Source: Lytechinus pictus (lineage: Eukaryota). Taken from it: DNA of 64,000 nt. The stretch covers positions 11,354,148-11,418,147 of the forward strand of contig NC_087247.1 of NCBI RefSeq assembly GCF_037042905.1, read 5' to 3'. Made by a program: the position numbers and the translations under genes. The first letter of the stretch is position 1, and each line of letters starts with the position of its first letter. This document shows positions 11,783-23,803 of this stretch, piece after piece. The notes below the pieces were generated by a model. That model was not told where the DNA came from. It worked only from the letters and a program-made list of their open reading frames with translations, and did no database searches.

Positions 11783-12558
11783 ATAATCAGACACCCACCC
11801 TTACCCACTCACTCCCACCGTCATACACTTAAATAAATAAAATGAAAAAAATGAAAGTCAATAAGTCAATGTATTTATGCCAACGATCATTTATTCATTA
11901 TTTTTCAGGGGACTCCTTTCTGCATTGGGGCTTTTAAAAACGATGATTATATAATTTTTATATAAAATATACCCATGACTTTGTGGAAACCCAATTAGCC
12001 AGCTTCCTCTAGAATGAAGAACATAAAACATGTAACGGTAAAAGTCGAGCTGGTAACTCAATCTTATCACAATTTCAAAGGATTTGGTTCCATTCGACTA
12101 TTACCAGGTCTTTGAATAATTTCTCCCGTCTCTACCAACATTTAAACATTAAAACAGTATCCAATTGCTGACGTCATAAGTGAACTTGAGTGGATGTAGT
12201 GGTAGACTTGAGCGGATTTGAGGAGTGACAAAACCGCACGTACTCCTATTTTGATTTTTATCTACTTGCACTAAAAAAAGACAGAAAAGAAAACTTAGAC
12301 AAATAAGATTGGTAATGTAATGTGGCAATTAGTTCTGATTATCCCTTTATGATAGTGTTCAATAAAGGATTGACTAAATCTGAAAGACACATTTACAAGG
12401 AAGAGGTCCTATTGCAAATATTTCCCCTGCGACTCTATTGGTGTACTACACTGCAAAAACACCGGTGTTGATTCAACACCAGCGCGGTATCTAAATTGTC
12501 CACATCAGAGAAGTGTTAAGCAACACCTATTTGATTTTGGTCTAACACTAGATAGGGG

Positions 12559-12792
12559 TCTAAGTTCATTGACCCTAAATGACCTTGGTCATGTGACATG
12601 AAACTCATGCAGGATGTTCAGTGATACTTGATTAACCTTATGGCCAAGTTTCATGAACTAGGTCCATATACTTTCTAAGTTATGCTGTCATTTCAAAAAC
12701 TTAACATTCGGTTAAGATTTGGTGTTGACGCCGCCGCCGTCGGAAAAGCGACGCCTATAGTCTCACTCTGCTATGCAGGTGAGACAAAAATG
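12559..12792 (+). mobile_element. Same family, copy E3: 5'-truncated, with one internal unit plus the 3' terminus.
   Basis: ..gttcattgaccctaaatgaccttggtcatgtgacatgaaactc...gttgacgccgccgccgtcggaaaagcgacgcctatagtctcactctgctatgcaggtgagacaaaaatg. Confidence 0.7.
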
Positions 12793-15640
12793 AAAAAAAG
12801 AAGAAAACAGAAGAAATGAAGAAAAAAAAACAACTGAACAAAAGAGACTTACGCATATTTTTCACAACTATAATGCTGCTTTATTCTATTTTATAAACTT
12901 GGAAGAGATAACACTTGAAAAAAGTAAATGCACAATACATGATCAATCAAGGTATTTATTTAGAAGTTACAATATGCTTAATATCATATACATATGCACT
13001 GATCCTCGAATAAGCAAAGACTTTGTGGATTTCACTAATACTTCTTTTCAAATTAAGAATTTCTTTTCGTTCATACCATATTCTTTAAAATGATGCAAGT
13101 GTTGAGAGAAATTTTAAAATTCATGATTCAGTATACATTCCCCCTGAACAGGCATATTTTCCTCTCCATGAATAATGCATAAACCAAACAAAAAATTTTA
13201 AACCCAAATGAAATAAAACATGATTTATAATGGTAGTATTGTTTATTATTCCGCAATTCAAATACAATGCGTCCTTACTAACAGTGTTCTGTTTACTCAT
13301 TATATTTTGGGACTTGAAAATACCAATGAGAATATGATTTCATTTATGTTGTTTGATTACACTTAAATGCGTCTAAATACATCAAAAAAGGTAAATCCAA
13401 ACTAGAATACAAATAATTTTTTTCTCGTGGTCAAATTTTGCTCTTTTTTTTGGGGGGGGGGGGGGACGGTTGTCACAAGATTAAGTCCTTGATACATGCC
13501 TTCTCATCCTATTCATTTTACCAACAAAAAAGTGGCAAAATTTAATTTGAAAATTTATCGTACACCTGCTGAGCATAATGTTTCCATCTATTTCTACATT
13601 TGCCGATGGCTAACTATGTAAAAAAAATTCCAACAAAAGAAGCGGGGAAATTACACAATTCATTATACACCTGCTCAACAAAATGTCTCCATCTGATTCT
13701 CGCTGATTCTCGATTGCCCATGGCCGAATATGTTTCTCATAAATAGGTTTCATTGTGAATTCATATTCATGGAGCCTGGAGAGACAAAAAGAAACCACAT
13801 CAGAGGGGAGCTTTTCATCAACATTTTTGTCCGACAAGTAGTCAGATCTGACATCTTTCCTTGATTCTGATTTGCTGAAAGGCATTGTTGCTATGGTAAC
13901 TGTCGGTTTAAATGGTATTTGTCGGATAAAACGTCTGACAAATCCCTTCGTGAAACGCTACCCAGGTGTTGGAGTAATACACGGGGGGAAAACAGGAAGA
14001 GGCATTTGTCTGAAAAATAAAAAGCTTTTAATTTTTCTCTTGGACACACAAGCAATAGTTGTGATGTATAAATTACTGAGTTTGTAAATGGTTAAATGCA
14101 TAGCAAGAGTGAGGAAAAGATGCATAATATGCAGTGAAATATGGAGTAAGAATTTGGTTTACAAGCCAGACGGCACATAATAAATCTTTAACATTTCACC
14201 TTGATTGAAAATCCCAGTAAGAATAAACTTTATAATTCTTTTGTTAAAAAACCCCCATTGTTTTGGTCCTATCCACACCCCCTTTCACCAACGAGCAGCA
14301 TAAGCATTCCCAGATATAGATAAAAATCATTTAATATAACTGTTGATACTGGTATTTACAATGTCCATAGTATACTAAAATTTTCTAGTTAAATTAGATT
14401 TACATTTATCGACGAAGGAAAAGTAGGCAGGCAGTCTTTCATGTTTATATACAGATGATGAGATTTTTTTAGCCTTAATTATTGTAACTTCCATTGAAAC
14501 TTTGATGGTGATTGGATGACGAGTCCTGTTACCGTGGACGGTAGCTGCCACGATGGCAAAGTTATAGAGTACCGAACTGTGAGGTCATCAATTTTCACTT
14601 TTTGCATATGATCAGCACTTTTGATACCATATTTGGGTAGAGCATGATGAAAAAAAAAAACCACTACCAAAATTTGGTGGGAATCGGTCCATGGGGCCAC
14701 AAGATATGACCTCGTAAATACATAATTAGCCCAATTGAAGTCAATGTATTATTGGCCTGGTTCCTGACATTTAGAACCAGGCCAGTAATACACCAATAAC
14801 ACGCTGAAATGCTTTTAAAACAATTTGTGACGTCATTACTTCGGTACTTATGGTTGTGACTCTTTACGGAACGGACGCCTGATTATCCAATGTTAAGGTT
14901 TGGTAGGATGTCTTAAACAAAATGAACAAAGATCTTTATCAGCCACTGCTAACATATTTTTCTGAACTAGCATAGCATCGGTATATAAATAATGATGATG
15001 ATGGCATAATTCGATTAATAGCATTCTTTCCCTTCTAAATGTATTTACAATCCCGGCAAAACATGCAAACCAAACAAATCAAATAGTAATTTACTTGGAA
15101 AAGTGAGGGAGGGCCATTGATTCTTTGACCGGTGTTATTACATTTGCCATTTCTGGTATTTAACAAAATATCTTTATCATTCTCTTATCTTATCTTTCAT
15201 CAGTTCTTATGTATCTCTTTCTTTCAGCTATTCTTCCATCAATAATGTATTTCCTTGTTTTTCTTTCTTTCAACTTCCCTTTAAATTTTTCACTAATTTG
15301 CATTACAGTGCAACAAGTGTGTAGCAATAAAAAGAGATCATGCAAATTGTATGAGATATTTCTACTGCGCGTAAATCCACTGGACGAAGATGACTACGTC
15401 TATATGCCAAGGTTATCAGATGAATCAATACACCCCTTTCCTACGCTAAAGCAGTGATGATGTCACGAAGAAAATTTGCAGCCTTACATAATTGACTGCT
15501 TGATTCTGAAGAATATGTAATCTACTCATATCATTAAAATGTCTGTATAAAACATATAATGCACAGGGTCAAGTTTGTGACATTCGTGGCTCTGATGCAA
15601 GCATTTCTGATTATATAATTTTCCTCTCATTTTTACATCG

Positions 15641-15800
15641 GGGGCCCAGTTTCATAAAGAGTTACAACTGTTGTAACTTTGCCATTATGGCATCTACCAT
15701 GGTAACCTTGATTTTGATCGGCTGCTGAGCCCCATTGCCATGGTAGTTGCCATAACGGCAAAGTTATGACAGTTGTAACTCTTTATGAAACGGGCCCCTG
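15641..15800. mobile_element. MITE of the GGGGCCC.GTTTCATAAAG...CTTTATGAAACGGGCCCC family.
   Basis: Perfect ~45-bp TIRs gggggcccagtttcataaagagttacaactgttgtaactttgcc / ggcaaagttatgacagttgtaactctttatgaaacgggcccc. Confidence 0.8.
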
Positions 15801-15910
15801 GTTTTATCAAAGAGTTTTAAGGGTATTTCCCTTCAGTGTGTAGTGTTATTGCCGAGGATTGGAAGCTGCCCCCTGAAGATGGCTTCCAAATAATCTTGCA
15901 AGAAGGAACT

Positions 15911-16046
15911 GGGGAGTGTTTCATGGATCATCTTGTCAGTGATATTTCACTGACAAACTTGCACCCTGCCAATCACATGCAAGGATTTCAGTAGCTTTTA
16001 ACAGTTGTCAATGAAATTCACAACTTTGTTTCGTGAAACGCTCCCC
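15911..16046. mobile_element. MITE with TIR GGGGAGTGTTTCATG...CGTGAAACGCTCCCC and the internal ..CTGCCAATCACATGCAAGGATTTCAGTAGCTTTTAAC.. core. Related copies lie at about 24655-24800, 26100-26260, 30760-30930 and 31190-31345.
   Basis: The inverted termini and the shared internal CAGCCAATCA...TTCAGTAGCTT motif are visible in all listed copies. Confidence 0.7.
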
Positions 16047-16639
16047 AGGGACATGATGGAGTTCAACGAGATTTCTTGTGTTTCCTGCAACGGAAGAGAA
16101 ATAAAGAGACAGAGACAGAGATATAGAGATATTAATAATGATATCTATATGATTTAAAATAATATTCAATACGCTAAATTATGATCATGTTGTTGTTGGG
16201 TGTTAACACCTTGTATCTCAAAATTTAAAATAATTTAGGACAGCTTAGAAGATGCTTGCTTTTAGAATGATAAACCTAGCTACCTCTTTTGCCAAGAAAA
16301 GAGTTCTCTCTAGAAATTAGGAGACCCTTTTTCACACATTATGAGGCTGCCACCATTACAATATTTCTAAAAGAACATCTCTTCTGAGCTACTCTCAAGC
16401 TATTCAAATCTTAAGATACGAGGTTTTAAAATGCCAGCAATGATGCATTTAATATAAAATAATACAACAATTAAGTACTGCTAATTATTACCTCAGCTTT
16501 AGCACCCTCATAGGGCACTCAAGTATTCAAAGAATTCCATCATACCTGGGTCCCGTAATGAAAAGGTTAGCGATTAATCATATGCTTAAATTTCACGATT
16601 GATTGTACACTGTAGTCAATGCAATTGACCCCCTTCTCT

Positions 16640-16932
16640 CTCTTAACCTTGGTTACGATTTCGATATTGATTCCCCCAACATGGTCTAAGTTCATTGACC
16701 CTAAATGACCTTTGACCTTAGTCATGTGACCTGAAACTCAGGCAGGATGTTCAGTAATACTTGATTACCCTTATGTCCAAGTTTCATGAACTAGGTCCAT
16801 ATATACTTTCTAAGTTATGAGGACATTTCAAAAACTTTAACCTTGGTTAAGATTTCAATGTTGACGACACCGCCGCCGCCGTCGGAAAATCGGCGCCTGT
16901 AGTCTCGCTCTGCTATGCAGGCGAGACAAAAA
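16640..16932 (+). mobile_element. Same family, copy E4: 5'-truncated, abutting a MITE at 16545-16640.
   Basis: ..catggtctaagttcattgaccctaaatgacctttgacc...gtcggaaaatcggcgcctgtagtctcgctctgctatgcaggcgagacaaaaag. Confidence 0.7.
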
Positions 16933-18889
16933 GTAATGTTTGACTACATAAAATAATTTTTTTTAAAGGTAATGCTCAATGGCTTCACTACAATGTCAGA
17001 TATATCGTTTTTTTTTTCATATTGTACAGATTTATGATGTACTATATTAACAAAGCTACCTGTGGACAAGCTTTAATGGATTCATTAAAAAAGGTAAATC
17101 AAGTCTTTGGAGCAATGTCAGATATATATATATATATATATATGTCTCTGACAAATAAAAGAATTTTTAAAAGGGCAAGGTATTATTGTTGACATTGTAA
17201 GGATTCAGGATGTTATTGGCAGATTTACCAAAGCTAAAGACAATCTTTCATAGATTTATTGAAGAAGGTAAATGAAGTCATTGGAGCAATGCCAGACATA
17301 TAAAGAAACAAATGTTTGACTAAGTAAGAGAATTTAAAATGGTATCATGGTCAATGCCTTCAGTGCAATGTCTGACATTTTAAACTTCATAAAATGTATT
17401 ATATTCAATATCAAGAATGAAATTTTGATCTTTTCTATGCAGGGGCGGATCCAGGATTTTCCAGAGGGGGGGGGCACATTTTCCCAAGGAAAAATTTGAC
17501 AAGCCAAAAAAAAAGGTCTTCACTTTCAAAGGGGGGGGGGGGTACAGGCCGGCTGTGCCCCCCCTCTGGATCCGCCGGTGTTTTTATGATTCAGGGAGAT
17601 GTTTCATGAAGCTGTTTGTAAGTTAAGCTTGACAGCACTCGAACAGGGGCTGTATTCTGAGATCCATTTTATCTTTTGAATTTTTTCATTTAATCTTCAG
17701 AGAGTGAAAATCCATGCCAATATTTTCTTTCTTTTCTTCAAGAAGCATTGGCTTGATAAACAGACAAATCCTTTGTGTGTGTGTGTGTGTAATAGGTCCA
17801 TGGTGTGTGCAAGTAAATAATTGAGTCTTCACAGATGTGTATCAGTCAAATATAGTAATTTACTTTTAGGGCTGTCCTTAAACACCACCATCCAAATTTT
17901 ACGGGGGAAAAAATAAACGATATTAAGGAGTTCTAATGCCAGTCATAAACTTTGATAAAGATTCAATTTAAAGAGAATTATCTTACAAAATTGTAATTTC
18001 TTTTTTGTGTGTTATTCATTTGTTGATTCTCTGTGGAAATTTGAACTTTACCTTTAAGAATATCATAGTACCCTCTTTGGCAAGGTTTGATCTACGGTAT
18101 ACTCAGCAAAGGCCACATGTACCTTACACATGTAGTCAATTCCAATCAGAAGCTCCAAGGATTATAAACTTTTGCCAAGAAAAGTAGTTTTATATAAAAA
18201 AATATGCAATTAATTTTTTTCAGTAGGGATCCCAACCAAAAAGTATTTTTTAGATAGTTTGAAAATGAAAATCCATATTTTATTGTTCTAAATAGGCATG
18301 AAATGAAATACTCCGAATATTTGCTTTAAATGCCCGATTGATCGTTCAGAAGCCGCCCAGCCCCGCTCGCAAGACCCCCGTTACGAGACATCTCAGTTCC
18401 CCAGCCCTGCCAAAATTGTCAAGCGCAAGCACCGCATGCGAGTGATGCTCCTACCAGCTCCTAGTCTGCTGTGCAAACCCTTCACTCGAGTAAAGGGTCT
18501 GAATTGCAGCCCACTCATGCCTTGTGTACTGAAGGCCCTCTCGCTCAGAATTGAAACAGCAAGTTTTGTATGTGCTAGTCCGTGTGTGGAGACACACTTG
18601 TTGAAGAAAGTTTCAATCAGGGTCTGTGCCTGCGTACTAACCAGCTCCTAGTAGCCGCTCCAGTGCTATACCTACAGTGCCACGATCGCGTTCCATAGAC
18701 CCTGTTTTTCACACTGTGCGGTATATATTTAGTTCCCAAGACCCCGTACTTTACCCTTTTAGTCAGTTCCTTAGACCCCCATTTCAGAGTTTCGAGAGGC
18801 ACAGGCACACCCCCATCAAAAATACTTTGAGTGCCCCCCCCCCCCCCGGGCTCTCTCTCTCCCAGTGGTGTGAATTTCTTTTTTTCATA

Positions 18890-20290
18890 GGCAACAACTC
18901 TGGCACATTGTCCTCAATGATCAACGAAAGACTACTTTCCAGAGGCACTCCCTAATCACTTACAGAAAAGTTGATCAAGATGAGTGGAATGGAATTAGTA
19001 GATGCACACAATTTACACAAAGCCAAACCTTCAGGAGGATTTGTTTTCCTTAAAAATTAGTGTCCACCTCTTGCTAACCAAGACATGGCATTTGAGATGG
19101 CCAACACGTTCCTCTGTTTCTTTGGGGGGTTAGACGTCTAAAAATCTCTCTTGAGGTTACCAACTTCTTGAAGGTAACAGCAAAAATGGTATGCTGTGAA
19201 ATTGGTTGTTGGTTTTATTTCCCGACGGTTCCCTAGATTTCTTCCAAGCCTACAGGTATCAAAGAAGGATGATGAAATCTATTCTATGCTCATTCCTACA
19301 CATTTATCATTTTGAAATTTAAAAAAAAATCTTTCATCTTGGGCATCTCTCTCTGACAATGTTCTCAACTTCTCATTATACTTTCTAAAACTAGTTTACT
19401 GGAAATCAGTTCAGGAAAGCAATTTGGAAGATCGCTTTGCTAGCGTTCCCATTTAATCAGCCGAAAGTGGCTTAGAAATTAGTAAGTCTCAATCTCTTGC
19501 TTATCAAGATAGAGCATGTGAGATGGCCAACACGTTCCTTTGTTTCCTTGGGGGGTGGGGGAGGGGTCGGATGTCTAAAAATTCATCTTGAGGATACCAA
19601 CTTCTTGAAGGTAACAGCAAAAATGGTATGCTGTAAAATTGGTTATTGGTTTTATTTCCTGACGATCCCCTAGATTTCTTCCAAGCCTACAGGTATTAAA
19701 GAAGGATGATGAAATCTATTCTTTGTAAAGCATGCTCAATCCTACACATTTATCATTTTGAAGAAAAAAAAATCTCTTTCATCTTGGGCATCTTTCTCTA
19801 AAAAGATGTGTGGTCTTTTTTTTTCCATAGGCAACAACTCTGGCACATCGTCCTCAATGATCAATGCAAGACAGCTTTTCAAAGGCACTCCCTAATCACT
19901 TACAGAAAAGATGATCGAGATAAGTGGAATAGAATTAGCAGGTATTGATCATTGATGCACACAATTCACACAAAGCAGTACCCTTCGGGAGTATTTTTTT
20001 TCCTTGAAAATTATTTAGTTTCCACCTCTTGCTACCAGCTACCGGTAATCAAGATATGGCATGTGAGGTGGCCAACACGTTCCTCTGTATCCTTGGTGGG
20101 TTGGACGTCTAATAATCCATCTTAAGGTTACCAACTCCTTGAAGTTAATAGAGAAAAATATGATATGCTGCAAAATTGGTTAATGGTTTTATCTCCCGAC
20201 GATCCCCTAGATTTCTTCCAAGCCCACAGGCCATTAAAGAAGGATGATGAAATCTATTCTATGTAAGCATGATCAATTCTACAGAGTCAT
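18890..20290 (+). repeat. Tandem repeat of ~3 copies of a ~450-bp unit; the middle copy is partial.
   Basis: 18890-19330 and 19831-20290 are collinear (ggcaacaactctggcacat.gtcctcaatgatcaa...gatggccaacacgttcc...catttatcattttgaa). 19480-19800 repeats the second half. ORF-track peptides 18677..18955 and neighbours recur. Confidence 0.8.
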
Positions 20291-20759
20291 ATTTTCCAGA
20301 TTTTGCAAATTTCAGATTAGGAATTCAGATCAAAGGATGAAGGGGCACTTGTGAAGGAAAATTGAGCTTAGCCATTTCTTATCCTTCAAATCTTAGCACC
20401 ATAAATATTTTATTTGTAATTTATGACACGTGTGAACACAATTGTATGAAAACGGGGGTGGGCAGTGCTCTATTGATTAATAAAAAAGACATCTCCCAAA
20501 CTTTTCTTTTTCCGTCTTTGTTTTATTGAGAATCTCATTTTACGTACAACCTGCTGTCGAACAACGAAGTGGGGGACGAAAAAGAGGGGAAAGAATTGCT
20601 ACAACAGAACAGTTCAAAGAAAAAAAAAGAAAAAGCAAATAATAATTCTAATAATACATAGAATTTATCTAGCATCTCGTCCATTTTTACTAAATTCGGC
20701 ATCTCGCAACGAAATTTAACACAATTTTAATTTCAGCCCAGTTGACACTGTAGTGAACT

Positions 20760-21900
20760 ACATGTACATATTGGTGACATAAATTGAGGATATAGAATTA
20801 AAATTGTTGAAGAAATGACATAGAGCATTTTTTGTGATCTATGATTAAATTTCATATAAATTAAGCATAAATAATTATCTAGTCAAAATGTCTAAAATCT
20901 GTGTAGAACCTTGGTGAACCTCATGTAGCAGCTCTCTCAGATCTATGGAACAAAAATATTCAAAATCAATCAACAAATAAATAAGCATTTTTTTGTGAGT
21001 TTGAAAATATATGAATAAATTAGCATATTTAATTAGTTTCAAAATTCTGCGTTGAAATTTTGTATCACCACCTAGAGCTATCATATAAGGCAAACAAAAT
21101 TGAAATTGATCAACAAATGAAGGAGAAAAAACATTTTTTGTGATTTATGTACAAATTTTGCATAAATTAGCATAATTTTCTAATAAAAATTTCAAACTTT
21201 TGTGTAGAAGTTCGGTGAACCTCATGAAGTTCTACCGGATGAAATAAAAAAAAATCAAAATCGGTCAACAATTAAAGAAGCATTTTATGCGGATTTTTAA
21301 AAATACGCATAAATTAGCATATTTAATGAGTTTCAAAATTCTGTGTAGAAATTTCGAATCCCCCACCTAATGCTATCATATAAAGCAAACAGAATTGAAA
21401 TCGGACTTGAAATGACTAAGAAGCATTTTGAAATTCAGTCAACAAATATGAAGAGGCATTTTCTGTGATTTATGAATTTCGCATAAAGTAGCATAAATAA
21501 TTTTCTACTACAAATTTTAAAATTCTGTGTAGAAGTTTGGTGAACCTCATGAAGCTCTACCAGATGGAAGGAAAAAAAAATCAAAATCGGTCAACAAATA
21601 AAGAAGCATTTTATGTGAATTTTAAAAAATATGTATAAATTAATTTCGCATAAATTAGCATAAAAATTGTTCTAGTCAAAATTTCAAAACTCTGTGTAAA
21701 AGTTTAGTGAACCTCATGAAGCTCTACTAGATGGAAGCAAAAAATTCAATATCAGTCAACAAATAAAGAAGCATTTTTGAAAAATGCACATAAATTAGCA
21801 TATTTAATGAGTTTCAAAATTTTGTGTAAAAGTTTTGAATCCCCCACCTAGTGCTATCATATAAAGCAAACAGAATTGAAATCGGACTTGAAATGGCGAA
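20760..21900 (+). repeat. Tandem repeat of ~4 copies of a ~290-bp AT-rich unit.
   Basis: Reiterated ..gcataaattagcata..tttcaaaattctgtgtagaagtt.ggtgaacctcatgaagctctacc.gatgga.. at about 20880, 21170, 21480 and 21700. Confidence 0.8.
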
Positions 21901-22374
21901 GAAGAAGCATTTTGAAATTGTGGACGGACTACAGACGACGGACGCCTGATGAGCTAAAAAGGAGATAAAGAGAAGAAAGAAAAAGAGACAAAGAGATGAA
22001 AGAAAAGGAGCAAAAGAAGAAGGCAAAAATTAAGAAAAAGTACAGACAGAGATGAAGCAACATAGGAGTAAAAGAAAAAGTGGAGTTAAGGCTTGCTACA
22101 ACAATTCAACCTGAAGTGTAATTATATTCTCCTGACCCAGATACTTGCATGGGTGCATGGGAATACCCTTTTTGTAAACAGGGTGGAGTCATCAAGAAAG
22201 AGGGTACCAGATCGTCAACGTGACGCAGCGTACACGTTCTTGAGAGGTTCGATACACAGGAATGGTGCTCTATAAATGCACTTCTCCCCGGAGTAGCGAG
22301 CCCATAAATGGTTCAATCACAGCAAGCACTCTGTGTCTAAAAGCTGCCCTAACAATAAATTACATATTAAAGGA

Positions 22375-22960
22375 CAAGTCCACCCCAACAAAAAGTTGAT
22401 TTGAATAAAATCCACCAAGCATAACACTGAAAATTTCAGCAAAATCAGATGTAAAATAAGAAAGTTATGACATGTTAAAGTTTCACTTAATTTCACAAAA
22501 CAGTTATATGCACATCCTGGTCGGTATGCAAATGAGGTGACTGATGACGTCATCCACTCACTATTTCTTTTGTATTTTATTATATGAAATATTCTAATTT
22601 TCTCCACAATGTTAAGTGAATCAACGACTAATTCCTCCCTAAACATGTGGAATTAGCATTGTTTAATACTATATGGTTCAGTCAAGTTGGTCCTTATTGT
22701 CAAATCTGTAAAAAATGAAATATTGTATAATTCAAACAATAAAAAACAATAGAAATAGTGAGTGATGCACATCATCGACTGTCTCACTTGCATATCACTA
22801 AGTTGTGCATATCACTGTTTTGTGAAAAATAAGTGAAACTTTAAAATGTCATAACTTTCTTATTCTACATCTGATTTTGATGAAATTTTCACATTATGCT
22901 AGTTTGATTTTTCTCTATTTTTTCAAATCAACATTTTTCTGGGGTGGACTTGACCTTTAA
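22375..22960. mobile_element. Second copy of the GGACAAGTCCACCCC long-TIR MITE family.
   Basis: Termini ggacaagtccaccccaacaaaaagttgatttgaataaaat... and ...ttttcaaatcaacatttttctggggtggacttgacc. ORF-track peptides 22317..22646 and 6563..6811 are homologous (FLILH..L.K..VLCL.DF..I.F.LLGWTCP). Confidence 0.7.
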
Positions 22961-23168
22961 GGTAAGATGTGAACCTTGAAACTAATTGAAAGCATGTATA
23001 AAAACGAAACACTAATGAAACAGATCAATAAAAAATTGGGTGAACAATAAGGACATACATGTAACAAGCATTTATATGCCAAAAATGCAAATGCTATGGA
23101 CCCAAGAAGAATATCACAAATAGATAACTTTCCCCTATGATGGGGCAAATTACCCAAAAGCGTTAATT

Positions 23169-23803
23169 TTTGTCTCGCCTGCATAGCAGAGCGAGACTAT
23201 AGGCGCCACTTCTCTATGACGGCAGCGGCATCAACATTGAGATCTTTTGTGAAATTTTTGAAATGTCTTCATAACTTAGAAAGTATATGAACCTAGTTCA
23301 TGAAATTTTGGGTCTTCAATTAACAAGGAATTTCCTGCCTGAGTTTCAGGTCACATGGCCAAGATCAAAGGTCATTTAGGCTTAGGGTCAACTTAGACCA
23401 TGTTGGGTAAATAAACATCAAATCTTAACCAAGATTAAGTTTTTGAAATGTCATCATAACTTTGAAAGTTTATCATTCATGGATCGAGATCATGAAACAT
23501 AGACATACACTGTAAGAGCAATCAAGTATCAGTTAACATCCTGCCTGAGTTTCAGGTCACATGACCAAGGTCAAAGCTCATTTAAGGTCAATGAACTTTG
23601 GCCATGGCATGTTGGGGTATTTTTTGAATTGCCATTATAACTTTGAAAGTTTATGGATCCTTTTCATGAAACGTTACGGCCTTAGTATCACTGATCGTTT
23701 AGCACTAGTCTTAGGTCACATGATCAAGGTCAAATTCGGCATTGCTGCTATAATGAATCGAATGATGCAGGCAAGACTACCAGAGGAGTTCCACTTGTTT
23801 ACT
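23169..23803 (-). mobile_element. Same family, copy E5 in inverted orientation.
   Basis: 23169 tttttgtctcgcctgcatagcagagcgagactataggcgcc is the reverse complement of the 3' terminus. 23770-23803 ..gcaggcaagactaccagaggagttccacttgt is the reverse complement of the 5' terminus. Internal units lie between. Confidence 0.7.

Larger units (their letters stand above)
8880..12558 (+). repeat. Segmental duplication copy B. It lacks the 6680-7117 MITE but contains a ~390-bp fold-back inverted duplication with palindromic joints.
   Basis: Same alignment as copy A. Differences are the indels described separately. Confidence 0.9.

Noticed and set aside
13610-13885. 91-aa minus-strand ORF with Asp/Glu/Ser-rich peptide
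   Set aside because: It overlaps a MITE-related sequence (GATGTCAGATCTGACTACTTGTCGGAC...GAAAAGCTCCCC, the same family as 42358-42535). It has no supporting splice sites or conservation signal.
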